Of a DNA stretch of 50,709 nucleotides, positions 28,535 to 35,959 are shown piece after piece. Every line of letters begins with the position of its first letter. Position 1 is the first letter of the stretch. Source of the stretch: a virus. Lineage: Duplodnaviria > Caudoviricetes. A model generated the notes under the pieces. The model worked only from the letters and a program-made list of their open reading frames with translations. It was not told the origin of the DNA and made no database searches. Location of the stretch: IMG/VR virus record IMGVR_UViG_3300034100_000034, positions 1 through 50,709 of that record; one strand, written 5' to 3'. Made by a program: the position numbers and the translations under genes.

Positions 28535-28623
28535 GCATTGGAGCTTACACACTAATGCTAATTGTTGCCGTGTCTTTCTTAATCGGCTGGTGGGCTCGCT
28601 GCGCCCCGTCCTGCATGATTTAA
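28531..28623 (+). CDS. 30-aa membrane peptide
   Basis: MSIGAYTLMLIVAVSFLIGWWARCAPSCMI; ATGA overlap. Confidence 0.45.
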   Translation: MSIGAYTLMLIVAVSFLIGWWARCAPSCMI

Positions 28624-28651
28624 GGAGCCGACTTTTAAAGAGAGGTAGAGG

Positions 28652-28888
28652 ATGGGGATCAGCAAACTTGGAGTGGCCGCCAGGGCCGCCTACTACGCAG
28701 AGCGGCGAGAGCACGTCAACCAGTGGGATTCGGTAGCGGGCGCGGTTGTTGCGGCAGACCGCGAGAGAATTGCCGAGGCTGCCCGACTTGTTATCCGTGA
28801 CTACCAGGCCAGCGATGATGAGGATTTGGATGAACTTGTGCAGCGCGCTGTGCGCGATCTGTGCCGACGGCTGGACGTCGAACTGTGA
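28652..28888 (+). CDS. Hypothetical protein
   Basis: GAGG RBS; stops just before attC-like site 1. Confidence 0.6.
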   Translation: MGISKLGVAARAAYYAERREHVNQWDSVAGAVVAADRERIAEAARLVIRDYQASDDEDLDELVQRAVRDLCRRLDVEL

Positions 28889-28889
28889 C

Positions 28890-28954
28890 GCCGAACGCTG
28901 AATGAAGGGGCCGCGCGAAAAGCCGCGCGGCCCCGCTTACATGCCGGGTTGGGC
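28890..28954 (-). mobile_element. attC: attC-type site 1
   Basis: Minus: GCCCAAC ccggc ATGTAAGC ... CCTTCAT tcagc GTTCGGC with GC-rich central stem. Confidence 0.8.
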
Positions 28955-28974
28955 GGCATTTTTTGGAGAAGGCG

Positions 28975-29376
28975 ATGGAACACGGATATTACTGGCTGCA
29001 CCTGAAAGACCAAGAACCGGAGGTTGTTGAGATTGACGGCAACTCGATGCATCGATGTGGCAGTGACGTGGGCTGCTATCTTGAGGACGGGAAATGGCAC
29101 GAAGGACTTTTTGCCGAAACTATGGATGTAGTTTCTATCATCGGGCCGCTGACGCCTACCGATGGCAGGATGTTTGTCACTGAGTATCTGCGCCTTGGCG
29201 ATGACGGGCCGGAGATTGTCCGGCACGCATTGGCTGAATGGCCGGAGTGGGCGGAGGCATTGCGCGAGATGATGACGCCCAACGCAGAAATAGCCGGCTC
29301 CGCGCTTGCCCAGCCTGGGAGACCCGACATGAACCAGCAATCCGAACTCAGCCGGGACGTGTTCGATCCGGGTTGA
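28975..29376 (+). CDS. Hypothetical cassette-like gene
   Basis: GGAG RBS; GYYW..PEVV; C-terminus reads through attC site 2. Confidence 0.65.
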   Translation: MEHGYYWLHLKDQEPEVVEIDGNSMHRCGSDVGCYLEDGKWHEGLFAETMDVVSIIGPLTPTDGRMFVTEYLRLGDDGPEIVRHALAEWPEWAEALREMMTPNAEIAGSALAQPGRPDMNQQSELSRDVFDPG

Positions 29377-29390
29377 GCGTAGGGTTGTGC
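29277..29390 (-). mobile_element. attC: attC-type site 2
   Basis: Minus: GCACAAC cctac GCTCAACC ... GGCTATT tctgc GTTGGGC. Confidence 0.7.
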
Positions 29391-29410
29391 GGCATTTTTG
29401 GGATAAAGCG

Positions 29411-29578
29411 ATGAAAGCACGATTTGAAGCGGCACTGTTGCGACTGGCTGCGTGGGTACTGGATCGCAATGTAAAACGGTCAATGGTCGTTTCACGCCGC
29501 GACAATAACTGGCTGTTTGAGGCGGAACGCGAATTGAGCGCCATCGCAGGCAGGATTGAAGCCGGGTATGACGCATAA
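29411..29578 (+). CDS. Hypothetical cassette-like gene
   Basis: Stop TAA lies in the GCATAAC box of attC site 3. Confidence 0.6.
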   Translation: MKARFEAALLRLAAWVLDRNVKRSMVVSRRDNNWLFEAERELSAIAGRIEAGYDA

Positions 29579-29660
29579 CGTCTTGTTGAACGGGGCGCCG
29601 TGACAAGACACCCGGAGCGCGCTGCTGCCGTAGCGCCCCCGTTCGAACAAGGGGTTAGCC
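29573..29660 (-). mobile_element. attC: attC-type site 3
   Basis: Minus: GGCTAAC ccctt GTTCGAAC ... GTTCAAC aagac GTTATGC; extra C in L''. Confidence 0.88.
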
Positions 29661-29697
29661 GGCCCCCACGAAAACCGGCACAACCTTGGAGCGCAAC

Positions 29698-29943
29698 ATG
29701 CGTGCAATGAGTGAAGCGATTGAAGGCGCCCGGGACTTCCGGGGGATGATGGACAAGATCGAGGCCGACACGGCGAGGCAGGCGAACATGCTGCGGATGC
29801 AGGCGGCCATGCAGGGCGACACGCCCGACGAGCGACGCTACAGCGTGCTGCCCGACCGCCAGCCGGGCGAGAACCGCGCTGCGCACCGTGCCCGCCTGAA
29901 GCGCGAGCGCCGCGAAGCCAAGACCGGCAAGGTGACGGCATGA
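29698..29943 (+). CDS. Hypothetical protein
   Basis: GGAG RBS; basic C-terminus. Confidence 0.6.
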   Translation: MRAMSEAIEGARDFRGMMDKIEADTARQANMLRMQAAMQGDTPDERRYSVLPDRQPGENRAAHRARLKRERREAKTGKVTA

Positions 29944-30200
29944 CGCCCAGCGCCCGCCTGAGCGTGGACCTGCAGGACATTGCCGCGCGCCTGCACACGA
30001 TGCTGGAACAGTCGGCCGGCGAGCCCTGCGCGTTTGTGCTGGTGTGCCAGGCTGACGGCGTGGCGCAGTACGTGAGCAATGCCGACCGCAAGGACGGGCG
30101 CAAGCTGATCGAAAGCCTGTTGGCACGCTGGAAGGCTGGGCGCGCGGACATCCCCGCACACTACAACCCGGACCTTCGACCGCCACAGGCGGGGAGCTGA
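29940..30200 (+). CDS. Hypothetical protein
   Basis: FVLV...QYVSNADR; ATGA overlap. Confidence 0.7.
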   Translation: MTPSARLSVDLQDIAARLHTMLEQSAGEPCAFVLVCQADGVAQYVSNADRKDGRKLIESLLARWKAGRADIPAHYNPDLRPPQAGS

Positions 30201-30248
30201 GAAGCTACAGCCGCTTGTGTACACCGATCAATCAACTGGAGAGAAGAA

Positions 30249-30437
30249 ATGAACGAAGCCATGAAGATTTACCCGCAATGCGGATTGTCCGAATCTCACT
30301 TCGGAAACCGCGACAACGCGCGCAATGCCAGCGCAACCAAGAACGGTCCTGGTCGTCATCATGTAAACGGTGATGGCCCACCACCTACGGCAGCCGATGC
30401 CATCACCACCATGAAATCTGAACTGGAGAAATCATGA
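30249..30437 (+). CDS. Hypothetical protein
   Basis: GGAG RBS; ends LEKS. Confidence 0.55.
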   Translation: MNEAMKIYPQCGLSESHFGNRDNARNASATKNGPGRHHVNGDGPPPTAADAITTMKSELEKS

Positions 30438-30598
30438 AACGAGCACTACAAACTACTGGACTGACAATTATGATTGCAGTTGCTGTGGCAGCGGTCCAGC
30501 ACGCAGCTTGGAGCAGCGACTACAAGATAGGGGCCACGCTAGCCGTCCTTTTGTTTGGCGCGTTTTTTGTGTTCCTCTCTAGCCTGGAGAAATCATGA
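30434..30598 (+). CDS. 54-aa two-TM membrane protein
   Basis: MKRALQTTGLTIMIAVAVAAV...ATLAVLLFGAFFVFLSSLEKS; ATGA overlaps. Confidence 0.6.
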   Translation: MKRALQTTGLTIMIAVAVAAVQHAAWSSDYKIGATLAVLLFGAFFVFLSSLEKS

Positions 30599-30792
30599 AA
30601 TACATCATCACTCAAGAGCAGGTTGAAAGTCTCGGACTTGATACCGTAGCATTGCTTGCAGAACTCAAACCCATTGAGCCGCTGACCCAGGATAAGATTC
30701 TCGACATGGCTGAGGGGTGCACGTTGCAGTTCCATGATTTACTGGCCTTTGGAAGATCAGTCGAAGCCGCCATCATTGGAGAGAAATCATGA
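30595..30792 (+). CDS. Hypothetical protein
   Basis: PLTQDKI...FGRSVEAA; ends GEKS. Confidence 0.65.
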   Translation: MKYIITQEQVESLGLDTVALLAELKPIEPLTQDKILDMAEGCTLQFHDLLAFGRSVEAAIIGEKS

Positions 30793-31433
30793 GCACACCT
30801 GATCTGCTGGCGCTGCCAGATAGTTTTGCAGACAAGAGTTCAGCTACTCCGCTGGAAAAAGCATTCCGGTTCCTCAATGCTCTGAGAACCCCAGATGCCA
30901 AATATTTCTTTGGTGACGGCTATCCTAAAAACGATGCTATAAAAAAAGATGCCAACGCTACTTCCGCTGTCATCGCCGCACTGGAAGCCGCCAAAGCGCA
31001 GCCAGTGGAGCCGCAAGATGGATCACTTCCGGCTGGATTTCACCCTGATTTGAACTGTTCCAAAGAATGGGACATGCCCATAATCATGACCACTCCAGAC
31101 GCTATTGAAGAACTGATAAAAAAGACTATGGCAGCGCAGCCAGTAGTGCCGCAGGGATGGAAGATGGTCCCGATTGAGCCGACGAAGGCTATGTTGAAAG
31201 CGCCACCTAATGCATGGGAGGCAGATGCAAAGATTACCTATAAAGCCATGCTCGCCGCCTCTCCCGCGCCCCTTGTGGTGCCGGTAGAGTTTCCGATAGC
31301 GGCCTGGGGAAGGTCATTTGTGAGTACGGGCGAAATCGGAGATTGTATCTCTCCAACAGAACATGAACGTCTTGAGGGAGACTACACCATTGCATTGGTG
31401 CGCCTCAGCGATGCACAAGGAGTGAAGAAATGA
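30789..31433 (+). CDS. Mosaic Ead/Eaa-like hypothetical protein
   Basis: VPQGWKMVPIEPTKAM...YKAMLAASP motif. Confidence 0.65.
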   Translation: MSTPDLLALPDSFADKSSATPLEKAFRFLNALRTPDAKYFFGDGYPKNDAIKKDANATSAVIAALEAAKAQPVEPQDGSLPAGFHPDLNCSKEWDMPIIMTTPDAIEELIKKTMAAQPVVPQGWKMVPIEPTKAMLKAPPNAWEADAKITYKAMLAASPAPLVVPVEFPIAAWGRSFVSTGEIGDCISPTEHERLEGDYTIALVRLSDAQGVKK

Positions 31434-31708
31434 CCGAACAAGACAAGGCCGTGGCGCTGGCTGAGAAGCACGGCGTTTTTGCTGACACCGCATTTCTCTG
31501 GAAAGCAGAACTCGCCACCATGCTTGCCGACTACAAACAGCAAGTCACCGAAGCCATACAGAAAGACTGCCGGACGTGCGTGAATCTTGGCTGGTGTAAC
31601 ACCTGTGGGCCGATGCCGCCGAATTCTGATCTGGCGACAACGCGAATCTGCACCAAACACAACCAATGGACTCCGATGGAGTTCAAACAACTGACAAGGA
31701 GCGAGTGA
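31430..31708 (+). CDS. Cys-rich hypothetical protein
   Basis: AGGAG RBS; CxxC. Confidence 0.6.
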   Translation: MTEQDKAVALAEKHGVFADTAFLWKAELATMLADYKQQVTEAIQKDCRTCVNLGWCNTCGPMPPNSDLATTRICTKHNQWTPMEFKQLTRSE

Positions 31709-32023
31709 ATGACCTACTCACCCGTTGCAGAGTGGGCTGACAAGCGCCCCCGTCTGCGCTGGATGGCTGTGTCCTGTGTATTGGCTGTCATCGTTATTGG
31801 CGCATATGGACTTGTCGGAGCACTCGACGAAATCCAGGAGCGAAAGGACGCGGAAGCCAATCTCACGCAGGCCGAGCGAGATTCGCAAGAACAGCGGCGC
31901 AAGCTCCAGGCGGTGCAGGACATGAGCGTTGGTGAAAACGGCGAGTGCAAATGGGCTGACAAAACGACCATCAAATGCGTCAATAAAAAGGGGCGCGAGG
32001 TTTTCAGAAAGGAAGTGCTATGA
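31709..32023 (+). CDS. Membrane-anchored hypothetical protein
   Basis: One TM segment then coiled coil. Confidence 0.6.
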   Translation: MTYSPVAEWADKRPRLRWMAVSCVLAVIVIGAYGLVGALDEIQERKDAEANLTQAERDSQEQRRKLQAVQDMSVGENGECKWADKTTIKCVNKKGREVFRKEVL

Positions 32024-32063
32024 AATTAGGAAACGTCGCACGGCAGGCTACGGCAGAAAATAG

Positions 32064-32318
32064 GTGGGCACAATGACTACTTGGTACAAAGCTGGTTTTG
32101 GAAAAATAGAAGAAGTTGAAGTAGAGCGAGAAACAGAGCTGTTTGTCGTCTTCAAAAACGGGAGAAGGTCAGCCAAGAATTCTGATTGGGTCTGGTATGC
32201 CCAGGATCGCGAACAAGCTAAACAGGTGATGATTGCAAACTACCAGCGTCAACTTGATTTGGCAAAACATGATGTCATCGTGAATGAAAAGAGGCTTGAA
32301 GAAGCCAGGAGCGCATAG
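32064..32318 (+). CDS. Hypothetical protein
   Basis: IEEVEVERETE..V...RRSAK motif. Confidence 0.65.
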   Translation: MGTMTTWYKAGFGKIEEVEVERETELFVVFKNGRRSAKNSDWVWYAQDREQAKQVMIANYQRQLDLAKHDVIVNEKRLEEARSA

Positions 32319-32380
32319 GAGAACATATGGGACATGCATCGTGCCTCAGGGCATGGCGGTGGCAGAGGTGCAGGCGTGAT

Positions 32381-32434
32381 TTGTAACGCGCCGCTGATCG
32401 GACCGAAGGGTCCGCATCGGGCGGATGGTTATCG
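32381..32434 (-). mobile_element. attC: attC-type site 4 (short)
   Basis: Minus: CGATAAC catcc GCCCGATG cggacccttcggtcc GATCAGC ggcgc GTTACAA. Confidence 0.7.
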
Positions 32435-32455
32435 GGCAGATTTAACAGGAGAGAA

Positions 32456-32689
32456 ATGATGACACCAGCGCAAATCAAAGCCAAGGTCGGGCAGACAGTC
32501 ACAGAAGCCGAGATGGCCGACATGCTGAAAACCAACCCAATCGGGACGGCTGACGGAGACATGCGTGTGCGCAGTGGCGTGCTTGAGTTTTCGTTCGGTC
32601 CGGGTGGCGTCAAGCTGATAGCCGCCGAGGTACGCAAACCGCTGCCAGATAACGCAAAATTAAGCTGGCGCGAAGCGATCCGCTCTTGA
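32456..32689 (+). CDS. Hypothetical cassette-like gene
   Basis: AGGAG RBS; C-terminus PDNAKLSWREAIRS is encoded by attC site 5. Confidence 0.65.
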   Translation: MMTPAQIKAKVGQTVTEAEMADMLKTNPIGTADGDMRVRSGVLEFSFGPGGVKLIAAEVRKPLPDNAKLSWREAIRS

Positions 32690-32703
32690 ATGATGGGTTA
32701 TGC
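32647..32703 (-). mobile_element. attC: attC-type site 5 (57 bp)
   Basis: Minus: GCATAAC ccatc ATTCAAGA gcggatcgcttcgcgcca GCTTAAT tttgc GTTATCT. Confidence 0.88.
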
Positions 32704-32730
32704 CGGTGACGGCCTAAGCAAAGGGAAAAG

Positions 32731-32967
32731 ATGGTATACGAAAAAATGGAGCAAGGCAGCGGAAGCCCGAAGTTTTGCTGGCACTGCGGAAAGCAACTGC
32801 GACGCGCACCGGGTAAAGGAATGGGGTTGTTCTACTTTCGCACGCTGGTCGATCCGCTGGGTGCAGAGCATCGTGTACATGGAGACTGCGCACAGAGTGC
32901 CATAGGCGATAGCGTGAGGCTGAAGGTGCCCAGCCCAAAAATCAGCAGCGGCACGTCCGCTGCATGA
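32731..32967 (+). CDS. Zn-ribbon hypothetical cassette-like gene
   Basis: CWHC...HGDC. Confidence 0.6.
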   Translation: MVYEKMEQGSGSPKFCWHCGKQLRRAPGKGMGLFYFRTLVDPLGAEHRVHGDCAQSAIGDSVRLKVPSPKISSGTSAA

Positions 32968-32977
32968 GACGTTAGAA
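32928..32977 (-). mobile_element. Degenerate attC-type site 6
   Basis: Minus: TTCTAAC gtctc ATGCAGCG gacgtgccgctgctgat ttttgg GCTGGGC. Confidence 0.5.
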
Positions 32978-32986
32978 AGGAGAATC

Positions 32987-33058
32987 ATGATTGAATTTCA
33001 AGACTTCCCAAAACTTCCCATGGCGCGGCTTGCCTTTGCTGGTTTGGGCGCGAAGTGA
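32987..33058 (+). pseudogene. Short remnant ORF, possibly the N-terminus of a phage RNA ligase
   Basis: AAAGGAG RBS; MIEFQDFPK(LP)MARL then runs into a half attC. Confidence 0.4.
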
Positions 33059-33083
33059 TCCGCTCTCGAATGAAAGGTTTGGT
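33046..33083 (-). mobile_element. Half attC site 7 (partial copy of site 5)
   Basis: GGCGCGAAGTGATCCGCTCTCGAATGAAAGGTT versus GGCGCGAAGCGATCCGCTCTTGAATGATGGGTT. Confidence 0.7.
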
Positions 33084-33117
33084 GACTGTTGAACGAAGCA
33101 ACGAAAGGATGAGCGCG

Positions 33118-33348
33118 ATGGACGACAAAGAAGCGAAGCAACTTGCAGAAATTGCTGCGACTTGCGTGTTTGCCTGCTTAGACGGACGGGCAACAGTAAC
33201 AATCTCGACGCGCGGGAAGAGGCCATTGGGGTTTCCGCGCGGCGAACTGTTAAGCGTTGGAACCGACGGCTCGAACAACTATGCCTTCCATCCAGTAAAG
33301 GTGCTGGCGTGGCTTCATGCCCGCACGAGCAAGACGCTCAACGCTTGA
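33118..33348 (+). CDS. Hypothetical cassette-like gene
   Basis: AAAGGA RBS; GFPRGELL; ends inside attC site 8. Confidence 0.65.
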   Translation: MDDKEAKQLAEIAATCVFACLDGRATVTISTRGKRPLGFPRGELLSVGTDGSNNYAFHPVKVLAWLHARTSKTLNA

Positions 33349-33430
33349 GCTAAGCGGGCGCTGCCCGCAAGGAGATTCGATGACTACAGAAGCCGGCCGG
33401 CAGCGCCCCGACTTGAGCGACGGGTTAGGC
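33336..33430 (-). mobile_element. attC: attC-type site 8
   Basis: Minus: GCCTAAC ccgtc GCTCAAGT ... GCTTAGC tcaagc GTTGAGC. Confidence 0.9.
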
Positions 33431-33748
33431 GCTGGTTCCGACCTCTACCTCCGCGCGCTGGCGTTCAATGACGACGACCCCGAGCGCAAGGCGCTGATGG
33501 CGAAGGTGTGGTGCGGTACGCCGTGGATGGTGGATGCCTACACCGGCTCGCACGACTCGGCCCGCAGGCACGAACTGATGGAGTGGTGCCGCGAACAGTT
33601 CGGGCCGGAAGCGTGGCCGATACACGGGCACGCCGGGCAATGGCACTCAGGCGGCGCGACCGTAGACGGCTGGACGTGGATGGGGTTCGCAACCGAAGAC
33701 CAGATGCATCGATTCGTGGAACGCTGGCCGGCGCCTAACGCAGGATAG
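33380..33748 (+). CDS. Trp-rich hypothetical cassette-like gene; RBS and ATG lie inside attC site 8
   Basis: AAGGAG-attcg-ATG in hairpin loop; WCREQFG...F.TE....F..RW; ends PNAG. Confidence 0.7.
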   Translation: MTTEAGRQRPDLSDGLGAGSDLYLRALAFNDDDPERKALMAKVWCGTPWMVDAYTGSHDSARRHELMEWCREQFGPEAWPIHGHAGQWHSGGATVDGWTWMGFATEDQMHRFVERWPAPNAG

Positions 33749-33790
33749 ACCGCGAAATATCCTGTCCGGAATATCAGACGGAATAACACC
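33733..33790 (-). mobile_element. Terminal core site GTTAGGC without a partner box (attI-like or decayed attC)
   Basis: Minus: ...GGTCTAT cctgc GTTAGGC; upstream short repeats GTTATTCCG/GATATTCCG/GATATTTCG. Confidence 0.45.
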
Positions 33791-33890
33791 ATGAACTGCT
33801 CAGAACACAAGCACCGCACGTGCCCCGGAACACACTGCCAATCCGGGTGCCACTTCAACGAGGCAGATACCCAACCGCCGTATGAGGAGC

Positions 33891-34127
33891 ATGACAATGA
33901 ACAATCTTTCTCTGATCGACTTGGCCATGGAAGTGGCCGCATGGACTCTATTGTCCGTCCTACTGCTGGTCTTGCTGTACCTGCTGGTCCGAGAGGCTCT
34001 GTTTCATTTTGGGCTTTCGGACGCGGCAAGAAAGACGTTTGATGCAGAGCAAGCAAGGATCGACGTCGAGAAGATGCTTAGGGACGCTGGAGAAGTCGGA
34101 GACTGGCGCCGGAATGGGGGTGCGTGA
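33891..34127 (+). CDS. Membrane protein
   Basis: GAGGAG RBS; strong TM segment. Confidence 0.55.
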   Translation: MTMNNLSLIDLAMEVAAWTLLSVLLLVLLYLLVREALFHFGLSDAARKTFDAEQARIDVEKMLRDAGEVGDWRRNGGA

Positions 34128-34645
34128 TGTTGTCCTGCGAATTTGATGGAGATGGCGGGGACGTTGCGTGGTGGTATGACTCCGCCGGCAAGATCGGACC
34201 CCTGACAACAAAACGCACGCGCAAATGCTGCTCATGTAGGGGCCGCATTGCAGTTGGCGACGACTGCATGAAGTTCCGACGGTGGCGCACTCCGAATGAG
34301 GATAGCGTCGCGTATCGCATCCATGGCGAGGAAGAGAGTCTTGCGGCATGGTATCTGTGCGACCGCTGCGCCGGCCTATATGAGTCACTGAGTAGCCTTG
34401 GATTTTGCAACCTGCTAGGGCAGGATTTGCGCGATGTGTGCCGCGAGTATGCACAAATGCAGCGCGATGCCGGAGTGTTTCGCGGGCAGATGGTGTTCAA
34501 CGCGGCACCTGCACAAGTCACTTTCGGTAGCATCCATCCAGTCGATTCGCTGAAGCAATTCATTCCCGACATGAACCCTGAAGCCGAAAACAAGCGCGAT
34601 CTTGAGCAGCCCGTCTATCACCCGGAGGAAGGGACTGACAAATGA
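34124..34645 (+). CDS. Cys-rich (Zn-binding) hypothetical protein
   Basis: CCSC and CDRC motifs. Confidence 0.7.
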   Translation: MMLSCEFDGDGGDVAWWYDSAGKIGPLTTKRTRKCCSCRGRIAVGDDCMKFRRWRTPNEDSVAYRIHGEEESLAAWYLCDRCAGLYESLSSLGFCNLLGQDLRDVCREYAQMQRDAGVFRGQMVFNAAPAQVTFGSIHPVDSLKQFIPDMNPEAENKRDLEQPVYHPEEGTDK

Positions 34646-35133
34646 AACATCTTCTGATTGCTCTGATTTGGTTTCCCGTTGCGGTGTTCGCAAACTGTCT
34701 GCGTGTCGATGTGTTGCCTGTTGAAGTTGTTGAAGACACATCGCGCTCGCATGCTGAAATATCAAGAATGACAGACGGTGTTGGGACATTTGGCGCTGTC
34801 ATCACATCGAGCATCGTGACGTTTGAATGGTGCGTGCTTACGGTCGGATACCGTCCGATGATGATGTTTATCGCTCGCGAACTGCTGGCTGATCGTTGCG
34901 CGCTCAGACACGTTCGAGGCCATGAGATGCGCCACGTCGAAATATACCGAGAAGGCTTGGTCGGAATTGAAGACAGAATCGTTCTGCGTGTTACCAATGG
35001 TGAAACTCCTATCGAAGCCGCAAATGCGGAGATTGCGGCGATTCGCGCCCGTCAAGAGGCGCATGACAGCCCGGAAGAATACGCGCTGAACAGATTCAAG
35101 TGCAACGGCCGCATATTGGCTGCGGTCAAATGA
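34642..35133 (+). CDS. Secreted zinc-peptidase-like protein (DUF922-like)
   Basis: Signal peptide; HEMRH (HEXXH). Confidence 0.6.
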   Translation: MKHLLIALIWFPVAVFANCLRVDVLPVEVVEDTSRSHAEISRMTDGVGTFGAVITSSIVTFEWCVLTVGYRPMMMFIARELLADRCALRHVRGHEMRHVEIYREGLVGIEDRIVLRVTNGETPIEAANAEIAAIRARQEAHDSPEEYALNRFKCNGRILAAVK

Positions 35134-35144
35134 TCAGCACCAGG

Positions 35145-35345
35145 CTACCAACTGAACCCGAATAGACCAACGATTGCGTGCCACGCGCGCATCACAGTGA
35201 AATAGGCGTCCTTGCGCTCTTTGTCGATCTCTGCCTGGATTGCCCGGTGGCCCCCACCAATCGAGAAATTTGCCTGCTGAGGCGCCGCGCAGGACGCCGT
35301 CAGGATCGCGGCAAGAATGATAGTGATGATGTTCTTACGCACCAT
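35145..35345 (-). CDS. Small lipoprotein (spanin candidate)
   Basis: Lipobox LTASC after hydrophobic leader; end of lysis cassette. Confidence 0.55.
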   Translation of the reverse strand: MVRKNIITIILAAILTASCAAPQQANFSIGGGHRAIQAEIDKERKDAYFTVMRAWHAIVGLFGFSW

Positions 35346-35592
35346 TTTCCCAGCACCGTTTGGCGTCTTCGCCGGCCTTCTTCGCCAATGCACGGACGGC
35401 CGCTTCGACTCCGGCTTGATACGCCCGTTGCATTTCTTCTTCGTATTTCTCTTTCGTGAGGAGAGCGCACCCGCCTTGGGAGTCGCATGCCGCGCGCACT
35501 TCATCGCTGAGAGAGATTCCTGATTCTTGCGCCTGGGCGGCTGCAAGAAATGACAATGTCACCATGCCCACAAGTTTCGCCGCTATTTGCAT
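35335..35592 (-). CDS. Signal-peptide/TM protein (lysis-associated?)
   Basis: N-terminal hydrophobic segment, helical C-terminus; GGAG RBS. Confidence 0.55.
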   Translation of the reverse strand: MQIAAKLVGMVTLSFLAAAQAQESGISLSDEVRAACDSQGGCALLTKEKYEEEMQRAYQAGVEAAVRALAKKAGEDAKRCWENGA

Positions 35593-35594
35593 GA

Positions 35595-35945
35595 TCAATC
35601 TCCAAAGTGGTCGCCGTTGGGCGAGATGAAATTGAGAAGACTTGCCAGCCTGCGAGCCACATCGCCGCGCCACCCACGATCAAGGCGCATGCCGGCGATT
35701 TGGCGGCTGACAAACACCTCGCGCCGGCGTGGCTTGCGCCACATCAAAAGGGGGAAAATGGTGTGAGCAACGATCAGATTCATCGGGTGGAACAGAATCC
35801 CTGCCGCCCAGCATGCGTTCCAGAATCCGCCCCGTTCATGCTGGATGTAGACGGTGTAGAGACAGAGCAAAACCGCCGGGAGACCAACGCTCGCGGCCGC
35901 CATCGCTGCTATTGCGTGAGCTACCACCAAGAAAATGTCCAGCAT
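35595..35945 (-). CDS. Membrane protein
   Basis: Two hydrophobic segments; follows endolysin. Confidence 0.6.
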   Translation of the reverse strand: MLDIFLVVAHAIAAMAAASVGLPAVLLCLYTVYIQHERGGFWNACWAAGILFHPMNLIVAHTIFPLLMWRKPRRREVFVSRQIAGMRLDRGWRGDVARRLASLLNFISPNGDHFGD

Positions 35946-35959
35946 GGCAATCCCCACAG

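Noticed and set aside
29940-29965. ATGACGCCCAGCGCCCGCCTGAGC as another attC half-site
   Set aside because: Core reads AGC rather than AAC and no partner arm is found.
28890-33430. Hairpins as simple rho-independent terminators
   Set aside because: Most lack U-tracts; they share AAC/GTT boxes, 5-nt spacers and one-sided bulges; several are translated through.
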